Origin: Leidyana gryllorum EB-2025a
Lineage: Eukaryota > Protista > Apicomplexa
DNA length: 64,000 nucleotides
Assembly: GCA_048772705.1 (NCBI GenBank)
Contig: JBLWGC010000043.1
Span: forward strand, 434,001-498,000
Direction of reading: 5' to 3'
In this document: in pieces, positions 1-9,991 of the stretch
Numbering within the stretch: position 1 is the first letter of the stretch
Layout of the letters: the number at the start of each line of letters is the position of its first letter
Made by a program: the position numbers and the translations under genes
Notes under the pieces: generated by a model
What the model was told of the DNA's origin: nothing
Seen by the model: only the letters and a program-made list of their open reading frames with translations
Database searches by the model: none

Positions 1-1151
1 CGGCGAAGAACATGGTCCCATTGGTCACATAGCTCAGCACAGGCACCGTGCCGAGCACATCGAGTAAGACGACGTGATTCAATGTGGTGAGTGCTCCCCA
101 TAGCTCATTCCATGGGAAAGCAGTGGCGTTGAGGACTCGCAGAGCGATGAATTGGGCTACTGGAGCGGCACACAAGCCCAAAGATAGCCAATAGACTGTC
201 CTTAGCCTGGAGCCTCTGAGCGGCACGGACAGAGCCATCAGGAGCGAGAAGGCCATCGCGCTTAATCCATAGACGTAGAAGGACAGAAGGAATAGCTCCA
301 ATTTGAGCAGGTGAGACACTATTGACTGCATTCCGCATCCGATTGCTAGAAAGGCACAGGCGACGGACAGAGCCCATCCTCTGCGAGGCGCCCAGTAATC
401 ATCCCAGGGCGTAACGATGGCCGCAGACAGTCTATTTTCGGGTTCAGACTGGCCTTCTTCCATGGTGGCCTGGACAGGGGGAGGTTGAAGTTGTGTATGG
501 GGGAGTGGCGATGTATGGGCAGAGTCGTGAATTGTCAGGACACACGCAAAGTCCCCGATTTTGGGGCCTGTGGTGGTTGGGGGCTCACCGTTGACGTCGG
601 ACTCAAGGCTGTCTTGGAAATAGATATCTTCCAGATCCCCGGTTGACACTGTAGATACGTCGGGTGGGGGAACTGGTGCTGGGGGGTTTGTCGCCGCCGC
701 AGCACTCTTTGTTGGCGATGGTGCTCTTTTTGTTGTTGGAGGATTATTAATCCCAGACAGGGCCGCCGAATTAGCGCCACTTTGTCGTGTTGGAGATGCA
801 CTTGCCCAAGACACAACTGCAGCTCCGCTGGCGGTCGGTGGCGGCGATGAGTGACTTTGCTTGATTAAGGGACCGCGTCGGAAACTGACTTTCTTGTCTG
901 TTTGCGGTGAATGTCGAACGCTGGGCCCAACGACGAGTTCGTGAGGACACTGCGCTGGTACCTCGAAGGGGTTGTAGCAGCGGCCGAAGAAGAAAGGCAA
1001 CACATCATCGGACAAGAAGGCCATTATCGAGTGTTCGGTTTCGCTGATTAGGGATTCCAACTTGCGAGGATATCAGCAGAAAACCTCTCACACTGGAAAG
1101 TTGACACGCACACCCATTAGACATTGTACACTGATAGGTTCGGTAGTCCAT
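1..1151 (-). CDS. Multi-pass membrane protein, partial (3' end runs off the window)
   Basis: Minus frame is open from ~1060 to position 1 (MAFLSDDVLPFFFGRC..., S/P/T-rich linker, then hydrophobic segments WALSVACAFLAIGCG and LFLLSFYVYGLSAMAFSLLMAL). It has no stop in the window, so the ORF track misses it. Start and first intron are tentative. Confidence 0.6.
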
Positions 1152-1266
1152 GTAACCGCGGCAACATACGGTTCCCGCGGCTGACAGCGCCAGATGGTGA
1201 GGTGTTTCAACGCGGGAACGCGACACAGGATCTCGGCAGTGTGAATAATTTTATAGTAGGGGTGTC

Positions 1267-3246
1267 ATGGAACGCGTCCCCACTTTTGTTGTGTGGAAGC
1301 CCAATGGACCAGCGAGTTGCGGAGCGGGCGGTGAGGTCATTCTAAGTGGCCCGGAGTGTAAAACGGAGAGCCCGTCGTCTATTTCGGCGTCCACTGATTC
1401 TCAATTCTTGATCGAGCTATATCCTACTTCCCGTCAAGTTATTCGACGAAGCATCCATGATTTGACCGTTGTTGAACAACTTTCACTGCCCGTTGCTGTG
1501 GCCAAAGCGTCTTGCTGTGCGTGTTCTGCAAACGCTGAGATTCTGGTGGTTGGAATGGAAACCCAGATTCTCGTGTACAATACGGATCGACGTGTGAGGT
1601 AAACACATACAGGTCGCTGTGGCCCCTTTGTCTGTTCAAAAGCTCTTTTTTCTCCCTCGACAGAATCGTTCCCGCTCCCGACGGCCACGCGCTGCGTTAC
1701 GCCTTCTTTTCAAATGACGGTGTCTACGCCTTACTGGTGTCCGATCTCGGAGCCTCTTTAGTCACCGTTTTCGACTTGATGACTTGCGACGAAGACGCTG
1801 GGGGCGAAGCTCAGCAACGCGTCAAACCCTTACCCACACTTCGCAGTCGTCGGTTTTCAAGACCCTTCACTGCCACTTGGTTATCCTGCGAGACCTCCGG
1901 CATGCCAGGTGAGGGATCCCACCTGTGTGTGAATCTAAAGACTGGTCGTCTGCAGCGGTATTCGTCGGGGGCAACACCACTGGTGTCCTCAACGTCTGGG
2001 ATCTGGCTGCCGACAGACTGCTGAGAGACGAGAAGTTCTGCGACGCCGCAATCTGCAGTATTGTTCCATTAAACACCAGTCGCAGGCTGCTCATAGCGTC
2101 CGAAGACGGGACACTGGTGCTGGTGCCAATGAAAGACCTTTGGCTGGGATCAAACGAAAAGGTGTATCCGAGATTCAAGGCGCCTATCCCAGACCAACAA
2201 ATCAAACGGGTTGTCGCTTGTGAGCGGGAACTCGGCAATTTGCGACTTGTCATAGTCACCCACGAGGACCAAATGATTCTCGCTTACTTGGACGGCAACA
2301 CCCTCCAACTCAAAGCACAGGCGGCATCTCAGGGTCAGGTCTTCACTGTCCCCGATCGAGGACTGAACATTATATGCCACAAAGGGAGCCCTCCACTAAA
2401 CGTGAGATCCTTCCCTCTCCAAGTAGTCCAACGCCCAGACGGCACCAGTGAGTCTCGGCAAAGTGTCTGCCCCCGCCTCATCTCCGCTTCGCAGCCACTT
2501 TCACGCCAACAACGACTCCGGCCCTCTTCACTAAGGCCATCGCGAACAGTGACTCGATGATTTTGTCCCGCGAAGCAGAGGAGACGGCTCTGTCTCACGC
2601 CCACAAAGTTCTGGAACACGGGCGGCATAAAGCCCCAAAGGTCAAAGTGGGAGAGGAGCTCAAGGTGAGTGGACAAAGCTCCTCGACACATCAGCAAATA
2701 CTATTTATCGACGCTTTCTCACAGAAAAAGGCAGCCAAGTTGGAGAAGATCGCCACAGCAATGGTTCTGAACAGCCAGCGAAGCTTGAGCGCCAGACCGA
2801 AGGTCGTCAAGGCGAAAACGTCCAAAGAGGCCGAAGTGTTCAGTATTCTGGACAGAGTGGCTGAAGGCCTCGAAACCCCAAGTGCCCTGGCTCAGGCCGA
2901 TCCAGCAACCTGTGGAAGGTGGGTTCAAGCCCGAATGGCCGAGCCGCGCATTGAACGCGAGCGAGACGCTGAGGCCGAGAAGGCCGCAGAAGAGGCAGAG
3001 CGTCGAGAGATAGAGGAAAGTTTAGGGATGTCCAGCTCTTTGATCACTACCAGCTCGAATGTTCCATCGCCGTCTGATGATGAGTCTGAGTCAGATGAGC
3101 GAAGCTGGGATGTGACAAGCCCACAGAAGTCTGTGATGAGTAAAGATAGCTCCACCGCTCGTTTAGTCCGTCGTGCAAATCTGAAAGAGCGACTGCGTGA
3201 GCGAGTTCTGAGACGGCATCACAGGAGGCGAGTGCGAAAAATGTGA
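1267..3246 (+). CDS. WD40-like beta-propeller protein with charged C-terminus (multi-exon)
   Basis: ORFs 1267, 1737, 1925 and 2557 appear joined by short GT-AG introns (e.g. donor gtaaac at ~1599). WD-like strand GGNTTGVLNVWDL. Family not recognised. Confidence 0.5.
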
Positions 3247-3254
3247 ATCAAAAC

Positions 3255-4088
3255 ATGCTGTGGACACAGATCGGTGAAGCACCTGAAGGATCCACATGGC
3301 GCCCAGTGGTGGTGGATGGGCTGAATTTCCTAGCGAACTTCCCGCCTGCGCGCCATGGCCAATCAATGGCAAACTTTGCTTTGCACCTTGTCAGAATGTA
3401 GGTCCTCTGAACGACGAGAAGTATATTGTATGTCAGGGGGTGCACCAAAATTCAATTTGTGCTACCCCACCGAGTGGTCCAGCGAATGGCTGCTTCCAAT
3501 GATGGCGATTTCCTGTATTTGTACAACAATAGATTTGTCCTTACGTGTCCCGACTGGCCCTCAAGCGAACAAATGCTGCGTCGAATGGGTTCTAAATACC
3601 AAGAATTCCTCGAAGAACTATACTTGAGCCACTCTGTTCGTAAAAGACGTCAATTGAACCCTTGGAGGGTCAATGACGACTTGGCTGTGATCTCCCTCGC
3701 CTATAAGCTGGGTAAACTACGATAAAGTTGTGACACAATGTGTCCTCCAGATGCGGTCGTCATCTCTGACGATCACTACCGTGACCTCAACCGATATCTG
3801 CAAAGCACACCGGATCGTGTGGCCCACCTGGAACGTTTTATCCGGAGTAATTTGGTGTCCGCGAGGTGGGTGTCCGTCCGAGGTCACAACGCACTCACAC
3901 ACACCCACTCTCACACTCACACACGCACACACACACTCACACCCACTCGTGGCTCTGTCTTTCTCTTTCTCCCACAGAAAATACAATACTCGCAAATTAA
4001 CAGGCCGCTGTCAAAGTCAGACTGGGAGTTCGCCAAAGTCCTGACCAAGTCAACTAAAGGCTTGCCTTTCTGGATAGTTAGATCATAG
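3255..4088 (+). CDS. NYN/PIN-fold ribonuclease, Zc3h12a/Regnase-like
   Basis: Spliced through introns 3398-3436 and 3712-3750: RPVVVDGLNF...LVRMGCTKIQFVLP...NDDLAVISLAYKLDAVVISDDHYRDL. Matches Regnase motifs RPVVIDGSNV and DDRFIVKLAYESDGIVVSNDxYRD. Last exon ends at 4044 or 4088 depending on the donor used. Confidence 0.8.
3890..3945. repeat. Imperfect (CA)n microsatellite in an intron
   Basis: cactcacacacacccactctcacactcacacacgcacacacactcacac inside the ~3866-3977 intron. Confidence 0.8.
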
Positions 4089-4143
4089 TGTAACTGAATT
4101 GGATGCACCAACCTGCGAATTGTGTCAACTAAGAAGGGGTTCG

Positions 4144-6146
4144 TTAAACGAGTGTGGGTCCCGCCACAAAGGCTGTATTTGTTCCAGGGGTCTCGGAAGC
4201 GCTACCATTGCTTTGGGGGGCATTCGAGGGTTGACGAAGATTACTTGAGGTCAGAGAAGTGTCTCTCAGCCCAGTCAGGATAGGCAGATAGGAGCTTCCC
4301 AGATTTGAGTCGAAGGGGAATATCCATGGACGGGGTGAGGCTCCAGCCAAGTGATGGTGATGGTGATTGATGTGGTAGTTGTGGTGATGGTGGACATGCT
4401 GCTGCTGCACCGACTGGGGCCCACGACTAGCCGGCATCAAGTACTCCTTCGCCAAGATTTTGTCGCCCAGAAACAGACCCACAGATCCGTCTGCAGTATT
4501 GGAGACGCTCGCCTGTTTGCTCATGATGCGAGACAGCGGTTTCTGTGAGGTCGTCACTGGACTCGTATGCAGCGGATGCGTGTGGTCGTGGGAATTGACA
4601 TGTGACCGTATAGCACAGCGGTACGTGATCACCTGCTTGTTCACCGTGGGGTCGAATTCCCGTATAGCTTCCGGAGCGCTGCACCTCGCCTTGAGCGGTC
4701 GAGCGGACGCGGCTCGTTCATCAGCGTCTATGGGGGTGCAACGAAAGGCAGGGGGATCAGTCGCAATTGGTCGGGATTGAAAGGGAGTATGTCCGTCAAC
4801 GACACTCGGTATCGGATGTTCTGGGATGGGCGTAGATTTATTGAAGGTATCTGTTCGTCTGAGGGGCCCATCGTCCAGTGCAACTTTGCCCATCTTGCCA
4901 CAGTCCTCACTATGTCTCCGAGGAATGACTTCAATGGCGCGAAAGCTCACAGGTCTAGCTATCGTATGCGATCCTCCAACTCCAGATCCGTTGGGAGGGT
5001 GGCCTCCGGGCCCGCTCAGCTGCATCGAACAATGCGAATCCACGTGCTCATATAGTTTGTTGATTTCGTGTGCGAGTTCGAGCGTTATGTAGCTAATCAA
5101 TCGGTCAATGAAGTCGCGATGTCGTTCGACCACAGGAAGATCATTATCCTTGTTGCCAAAGGGCTGTTGCATTGTCACGTCGGCCAGATATATCCCGTGG
5201 AATAGCCAAGCTGTACAGAATGTAAATAATGTCGCCAGCGGGAGGTTCTGTACATATGAACAGATTATGAAAGGCGTCAAGCACATGACAATAATATCAC
5301 TCCACGCCAGACATTGTTGGTAGGGTAAAGGCAGAGGAGTGTCCAAGATCTTCACTGCGCTTTGGAAATTTGTCATAGCTGCACTTAATTGTTGCCAAAG
5401 ATGGGAGCAAATTGGTGGTGGAATGCGCAACCCCCCCTCCATCACCCGTCTAGCGATGCGTTCATTGATCCAGTGCGCCACCAAGCTCGCCTGGTCGCGC
5501 ACGGCACTCAGCTCGAGCTTTTCTTCTTCCGTCAACCCACCTACGATCGAATGGAAAGCTCGCACTCAATCAATGTCTCCGGAGCACACACAACACGGGC
5601 GGGCGACGTCGGTCGCTCGCTAGCCAAGCTGACCCGCGCCGGAGGGATTCAGCCGCCGCACTCACCTATGATATCTAGTTTGGCGTCTACCCCATCACAG
5701 CTGAATAGTGTTTGGCAACAGACAGCGTGGAATATGGAAAAGTAGTGAAGAGTGATAGCGCGCCATCGCATCACCCCCGCGCGCTGCTCCTCCTTAGTCT
5801 GACTGTCGGTGCACTCATCGAAGCTGAGCACGAAGGAGGCGGCCTGACTCATGGCGTTCGTCATTTGAGTGAGATGCCCCAGGGCTTCCCAAAAGCGACT
5901 GTAAGAAATAGATGTAGTGAAGGCCAAGACAAGTGCGGCGCATTGCATAAAGTAGCCATAGACTTGGGGATTGCCAAGTGCCGTCGGTTCGCCTGAGCCT
6001 CGTACACCAAGAACTATCCAATATAGCATACATAAAGCGGTAGAGAATATTATCGAGAGCATTGCTCGAGGGAAGACGCTCCCGGTCAAGTACACCAGTA
6101 CAAGCCAATGGTCATACCATTTCCTCATTCGATAGCGGACACTCAT
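4144..6146 (-). CDS. Bestrophin-family (YneE/VCCN-like) anion channel with long low-complexity C-tail
   Basis: LAFTTSISYSRFWEA, KILDTPLPLPY and QPFGNKDNDLP motifs; two ORFs joined by an intron at ~5580-5665. Confidence 0.85.
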
Positions 6147-6181
6147 CACCTCAAATCCCCATCAACCAAAGAAAAAACCAC

Positions 6182-7363
6182 ATGACCTTCCCTACACATC
6201 CCCCACGTGAGCACCGTGGCAAAGTCACACCTTCATTCCCCCTCCAGCGACTCTAACCCCCCCTTCGAAACTCGCTACCGAAACGTATCACCAAGACGGC
6301 TGGGACTTCATCACAACTTCGGCTCCCCAACCTATTCAAGACAATGAATCGGATAGGTGGGTGCCAAACACGAACTGTCGGATCCTATCTACCTGTCCAC
6401 GCAGACTCAGCAATCTATGTAACTTCAGCCCCGGCGAGCATCTGCCGGAGATGTTATGGGTCTTCAATGAGCTAATCATACGTAATAATCACTATGGATT
6501 GACTATTCGCTTCTCGCCATTGCTGATGCTTAAAGGCTGCCAGCTGAGCAACCAACGCTGCACTGATGAGTGAGTGGTCCCCATATGATTCGCGACTGGC
6601 GACCGGTACGCTCTGTTATCAGTCCATTGCACACAATGTGCGCCTGTCCTCTGCGGGCACCAGTGCGCCCCATCCACCTGCGGTTTGAACGACAGTGGAA
6701 AAGCAGGGCCCCCTTGGAAGATGCTCATAAGCCAAAGCCAAGCATCGACTGGACATTCTATTCCGGTTTCAAAGGAGATCTGACTCTCGACCAGTCAATG
6801 GAATCGATGTACGAGCTCGATAGATCTCTACTAAGTCCTCAAGAACAGTTGCCTATGGAAAAGTTAATGGACACAACACTGCCTATCAAGCACTATGCCG
6901 AGGTTGGTTCTCTGTCCATATTCTCGTTCACACAAATGGTCAATGTCAGCTCGACCTATACGAAGATGATTTGGCGGACTGTGGGGTCTCAAAGGCTTGT
7001 GTCAGACTAGTAAGTTAAACGGAGTGTGCGGCCGCTTGAGATTCAGCCCCATGTCTTTAGAGGGTGATGCCTGACTTCTGGTATCTGGCACTCTCCCAAG
7101 ACATTCGTGTAGACGGCTCCTGTATTCGTCGGGTGAGTAACAAGCTGTCGACCGCGTTTGTTCCATCGCACACTTAGAGAGACGTGCGTTTGTACCATGA
7201 GTTTGGAACTAGAGAGATATATCGAGAGGTTAAAGTGCTTGATCGCTACCATCACCTCATAAACATGAACCACGAAGACGACCCAGTCCAAGCCCACGAT
7301 GCGGGACCAGTGTCTGGGGCGGGGCGACAGTTAGAAAGGATTGAGGTGAAAAACGTTTTGTGA
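6182..7363 (+). CDS. TIP41: TIP41-like PP2A regulator
   Basis: Spliced segments GWDFITT, LPEMLW...IRFSPL, DWTFYSGFKG, PIKHYAELDLYEDDLADCGVS, RVMPDFW...RVDG and RDVRLYHEFG match TIP41/TIPRL conserved blocks. Confidence 0.85.
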
Positions 7364-7376
7364 GTTGGGTGATAGA

Positions 7377-7963
7377 ATGTCCAGCACCGCGGTGTTGCTG
7401 CTGAAGAAGCAGTTTATGGAATGTAGTCAAAGTCAGGAGTCATCCTCGGGGTGTTCAGTGGGACTGGAAGACAACAACTTCTTGAAATGGAGGGTTGCGT
7501 TCACCGGCCCGACGGATAGTCCCTATGAAGGTGGAGTATTCACAGCGATATTGACTTTCAGTGAGGACTTCCCCAATAGTCCACCCGAAATGAGGTTCAT
7601 GTGTCCAATGTTCCACCCAAATGGTGAGGCAGCACCTTGCTGACAGCACAAATGATCAATGTGCAGTATATGCTGACGGTCGCGTGTGCATTTCTATCCT
7701 GCATCCGCCTGGCACGGACGAGTTCAATGAACAGGAGTCTGCTGACGAGCGGTGGCGGCCCATAATATCGGTTGAAGCTATCATAATGTCCGTGATCAGC
7801 ATGTTGGGGGAGCCAAATCTAGAATCTCCAGCGAACGTCGATGCGGCGGTAAGCAGATGGGCCGGTTCGCTGTATTCGAACACATCTTGAGCAGAAAATG
7901 ATGAAAGAAGACCCGAAAGGTTACAGACGACGTGTCCGTAGGATGGTCGAGGACCAGTACTGA
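7377..7963 (+). CDS. Ubiquitin-conjugating enzyme E2, UBE2G/Ubc7 type
   Basis: FHPN|[16 protein letters not shown] with acidic loop ([16 protein letters not shown]) and ESPANVDAA; two short introns. Confidence 0.93.
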
Positions 7964-8064
7964 CTGCGAGAGTAGTGTTGCGATGCTTGTCCATATATAT
8001 CTACGACAACTGAATCAGTTGAAAACCGACCGACTACGAAATGGTTGTATACCGCAGAGTTATC

Positions 8065-9957
8065 TCACGTGGGAATGATCACAGATGACACATAGGTGCA
8101 CGCACAAACGAGAGCAGTAAGAGCGAGGGAGTGTTTCAGGGTTCCTTTCATAATATCTGCTTCCTTCCCGATCATTCCAACAGCGGCGGCGGCAATGGCA
8201 ATTGACTGAGGGCTGACGGCTTTGCCCATGGTGCCTCCTGCAGTGTTGGCGGCGACCAGAAGAGTAGGACTAACGCCGATTTGAGTTGCTGTGACGGCTT
8301 GCAGCCTGGCGAATAGTACATTATTGTTGACGACGCTGCCAGTGATGAAGACTCCCAGCCAGCCCACTACGGGGCAGAAGAGGGGGAAGACGGCTCCTGC
8401 GCCGCTGACAGCCAAACCCATGGTGGCAGAAGCGCCACAAAAGTTTGCCACATACGCTACGGCCATGACCAAGCAGATCATAGCGCAAGCTCGCCACAAT
8501 TCCTTGCAAGTTCTGACCAATTCCTCGAGGGATTGCTTGAATGTGATCCTTCGAGTGGTGATGATGGTCAAGAAAATGCTGATGAAGAGTGCTGTGCCGG
8601 AAGCGCTGATGAAGTTGATGGGCCATACTGCAGGAGTGGCCACGTTGGGTTTGATGGGAGGTGTCTGAATAACATCGTTGTGGAGGTACGGCATCTCGAC
8701 TTTCACGGTGGTCGCCTCCAGCAGACCACCGGCCGCGAACAAGCTCTTGAAAGGTGGCAAAGACCATATCAGGATCACAACAGTCAACAACAAGAAGGGA
8801 GACCAAGCCTTCACGATCTCCCAAACACTCAAGTCGGCGAGATTGACTTGGGCTTTAGCGTCGCTCTTGGGCGAGGTTCCTTGTTGTTCCTTCGCCATGG
8901 CCGTGGGAGGACATATTCTGGTATCCTCGACGGTGGCACTCAAGACGGTCATCTCGACCTCCTTGGTTGGAGAAGGAGCATCCTTGAGACCTGAGGGCTG
9001 AGCACTCAGGGCTTCTTTGGTGCCCTTCTGGGAAGCGCTGTGTACGACGGTGACGGAGGGCTCGCCACCTGAGTGACCGAGTTCCAAATCGTCGTCGCCA
9101 TCCTCCCCTCCTTCCCGGTAGATGAAAGATGGAGACCAGAAACGAGTCAGTCCAATCAGACACAGCATACTCACCAACGCAGCTGCAATGTTGGTGAGCT
9201 CCGGGCCCATAGTCCAGAGAGTTGCTGACTGAACCAAACTGTTGACCAGACCCAGAAGGATCCAGGCGGGCGCAGTCTGTTTGAGTCCCCGCATGCCATC
9301 TGTGATGGCCACCATGATGGCGGGGATGAAGATGACTGAAATCTGTGCTGTGGGGATCATTGCACGGGACATGGCAATGGTTTCGAGATCTGCTTGCTGG
9401 GCACCAACCAGTATGGGGATACCGATGGCACCATACGAGCCCACGGCTGCGTTGGCTACTAGTGACAGACAGGTCGCTTTGAGGGGCTTGAAGCCCAACT
9501 CTGTGAGCATAGCCGCGCAGATGGCTATGGGAGTCCCGAAGGCGCAGGCACCTTCGAGGAAACCGCCGAAGCAGAAGGCAATGAGCAACACTTGGATGCG
9601 AGAATCGTCTGACACGGATGCGACACTAGCCCGGATGATGGAGAATTTGCCCGAACGGATGGCAATCTTGTAGAGCCACACGGCGGCGATGATGATGTAG
9701 CAGATGGGCCAAACCCCGGACGCTATGCCATAGGCGGCTGCCATTCCACTCATGAGCAGTGGCATATTGAAGACAAATTGAGCCACAGCAAACTGGAAGG
9801 TTAGTGTGATTAGAGCAGCGTGAAGGCCCTTCATTTTGAGTACTGTGAGCGCCACCAGGAAGAAGGCGATGGGGAGCGCTGCCAGAGCCGCTGAAACATA
9901 CCGGTTGACGACAGGATCATATTCCTGGTTCCACGACGATTCATAAAGGAGAGCCAT
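8065..9957 (-). CDS. lctP: L-lactate permease, LctP/LldP family (intronless)
   Basis: 630 aa. WNQEYDP...AALPIAFF, DSRIQVLLIAFCFGGFLEGACAFGTPIA, GWLGVFITGS and ANTAGGTMGKAVSPQSIAIA are typical LctP motifs. Confidence 0.93.
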   Translation of the reverse strand: MALLYESSWNQEYDPVVNRYVSAALAALPIAFFLVALTVLKMKGLHAALITLTFQFAVAQFVFNMPLLMSGMAAAYGIASGVWPICYIIIAAVWLYKIAIRSGKFSIIRASVASVSDDSRIQVLLIAFCFGGFLEGACAFGTPIAICAAMLTELGFKPLKATCLSLVANAAVGSYGAIGIPILVGAQQADLETIAMSRAMIPTAQISVIFIPAIMVAITDGMRGLKQTAPAWILLGLVNSLVQSATLWTMGPELTNIAAALVSMLCLIGLTRFWSPSFIYREGGEDGDDDLELGHSGGEPSVTVVHSASQKGTKEALSAQPSGLKDAPSPTKEVEMTVLSATVEDTRICPPTAMAKEQQGTSPKSDAKAQVNLADLSVWEIVKAWSPFLLLTVVILIWSLPPFKSLFAAGGLLEATTVKVEMPYLHNDVIQTPPIKPNVATPAVWPINFISASGTALFISIFLTIITTRRITFKQSLEELVRTCKELWRACAMICLVMAVAYVANFCGASATMGLAVSGAGAVFPLFCPVVGWLGVFITGSVVNNNVLFARLQAVTATQIGVSPTLLVAANTAGGTMGKAVSPQSIAIAAAAVGMIGKEADIMKGTLKHSLALTALVCACTYVSSVIIPT

Positions 9958-9991
9958 TGATAAGTGTAGTTTTTCTACCTACATACATGTA

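Noticed and set aside
3296-3502. Cys-rich 68 aa ORF ending in TGA as a selenoprotein or small peptide
   Set aside because: It is an alternative frame over exons 1-2 of the NYN nuclease gene.
8065-9957. Bacterial contamination at lctP
   Set aside because: Tightly flanked by eukaryotic genes with host-typical spacers and carrying a low-complexity insert. Read-level confirmation is still desirable.
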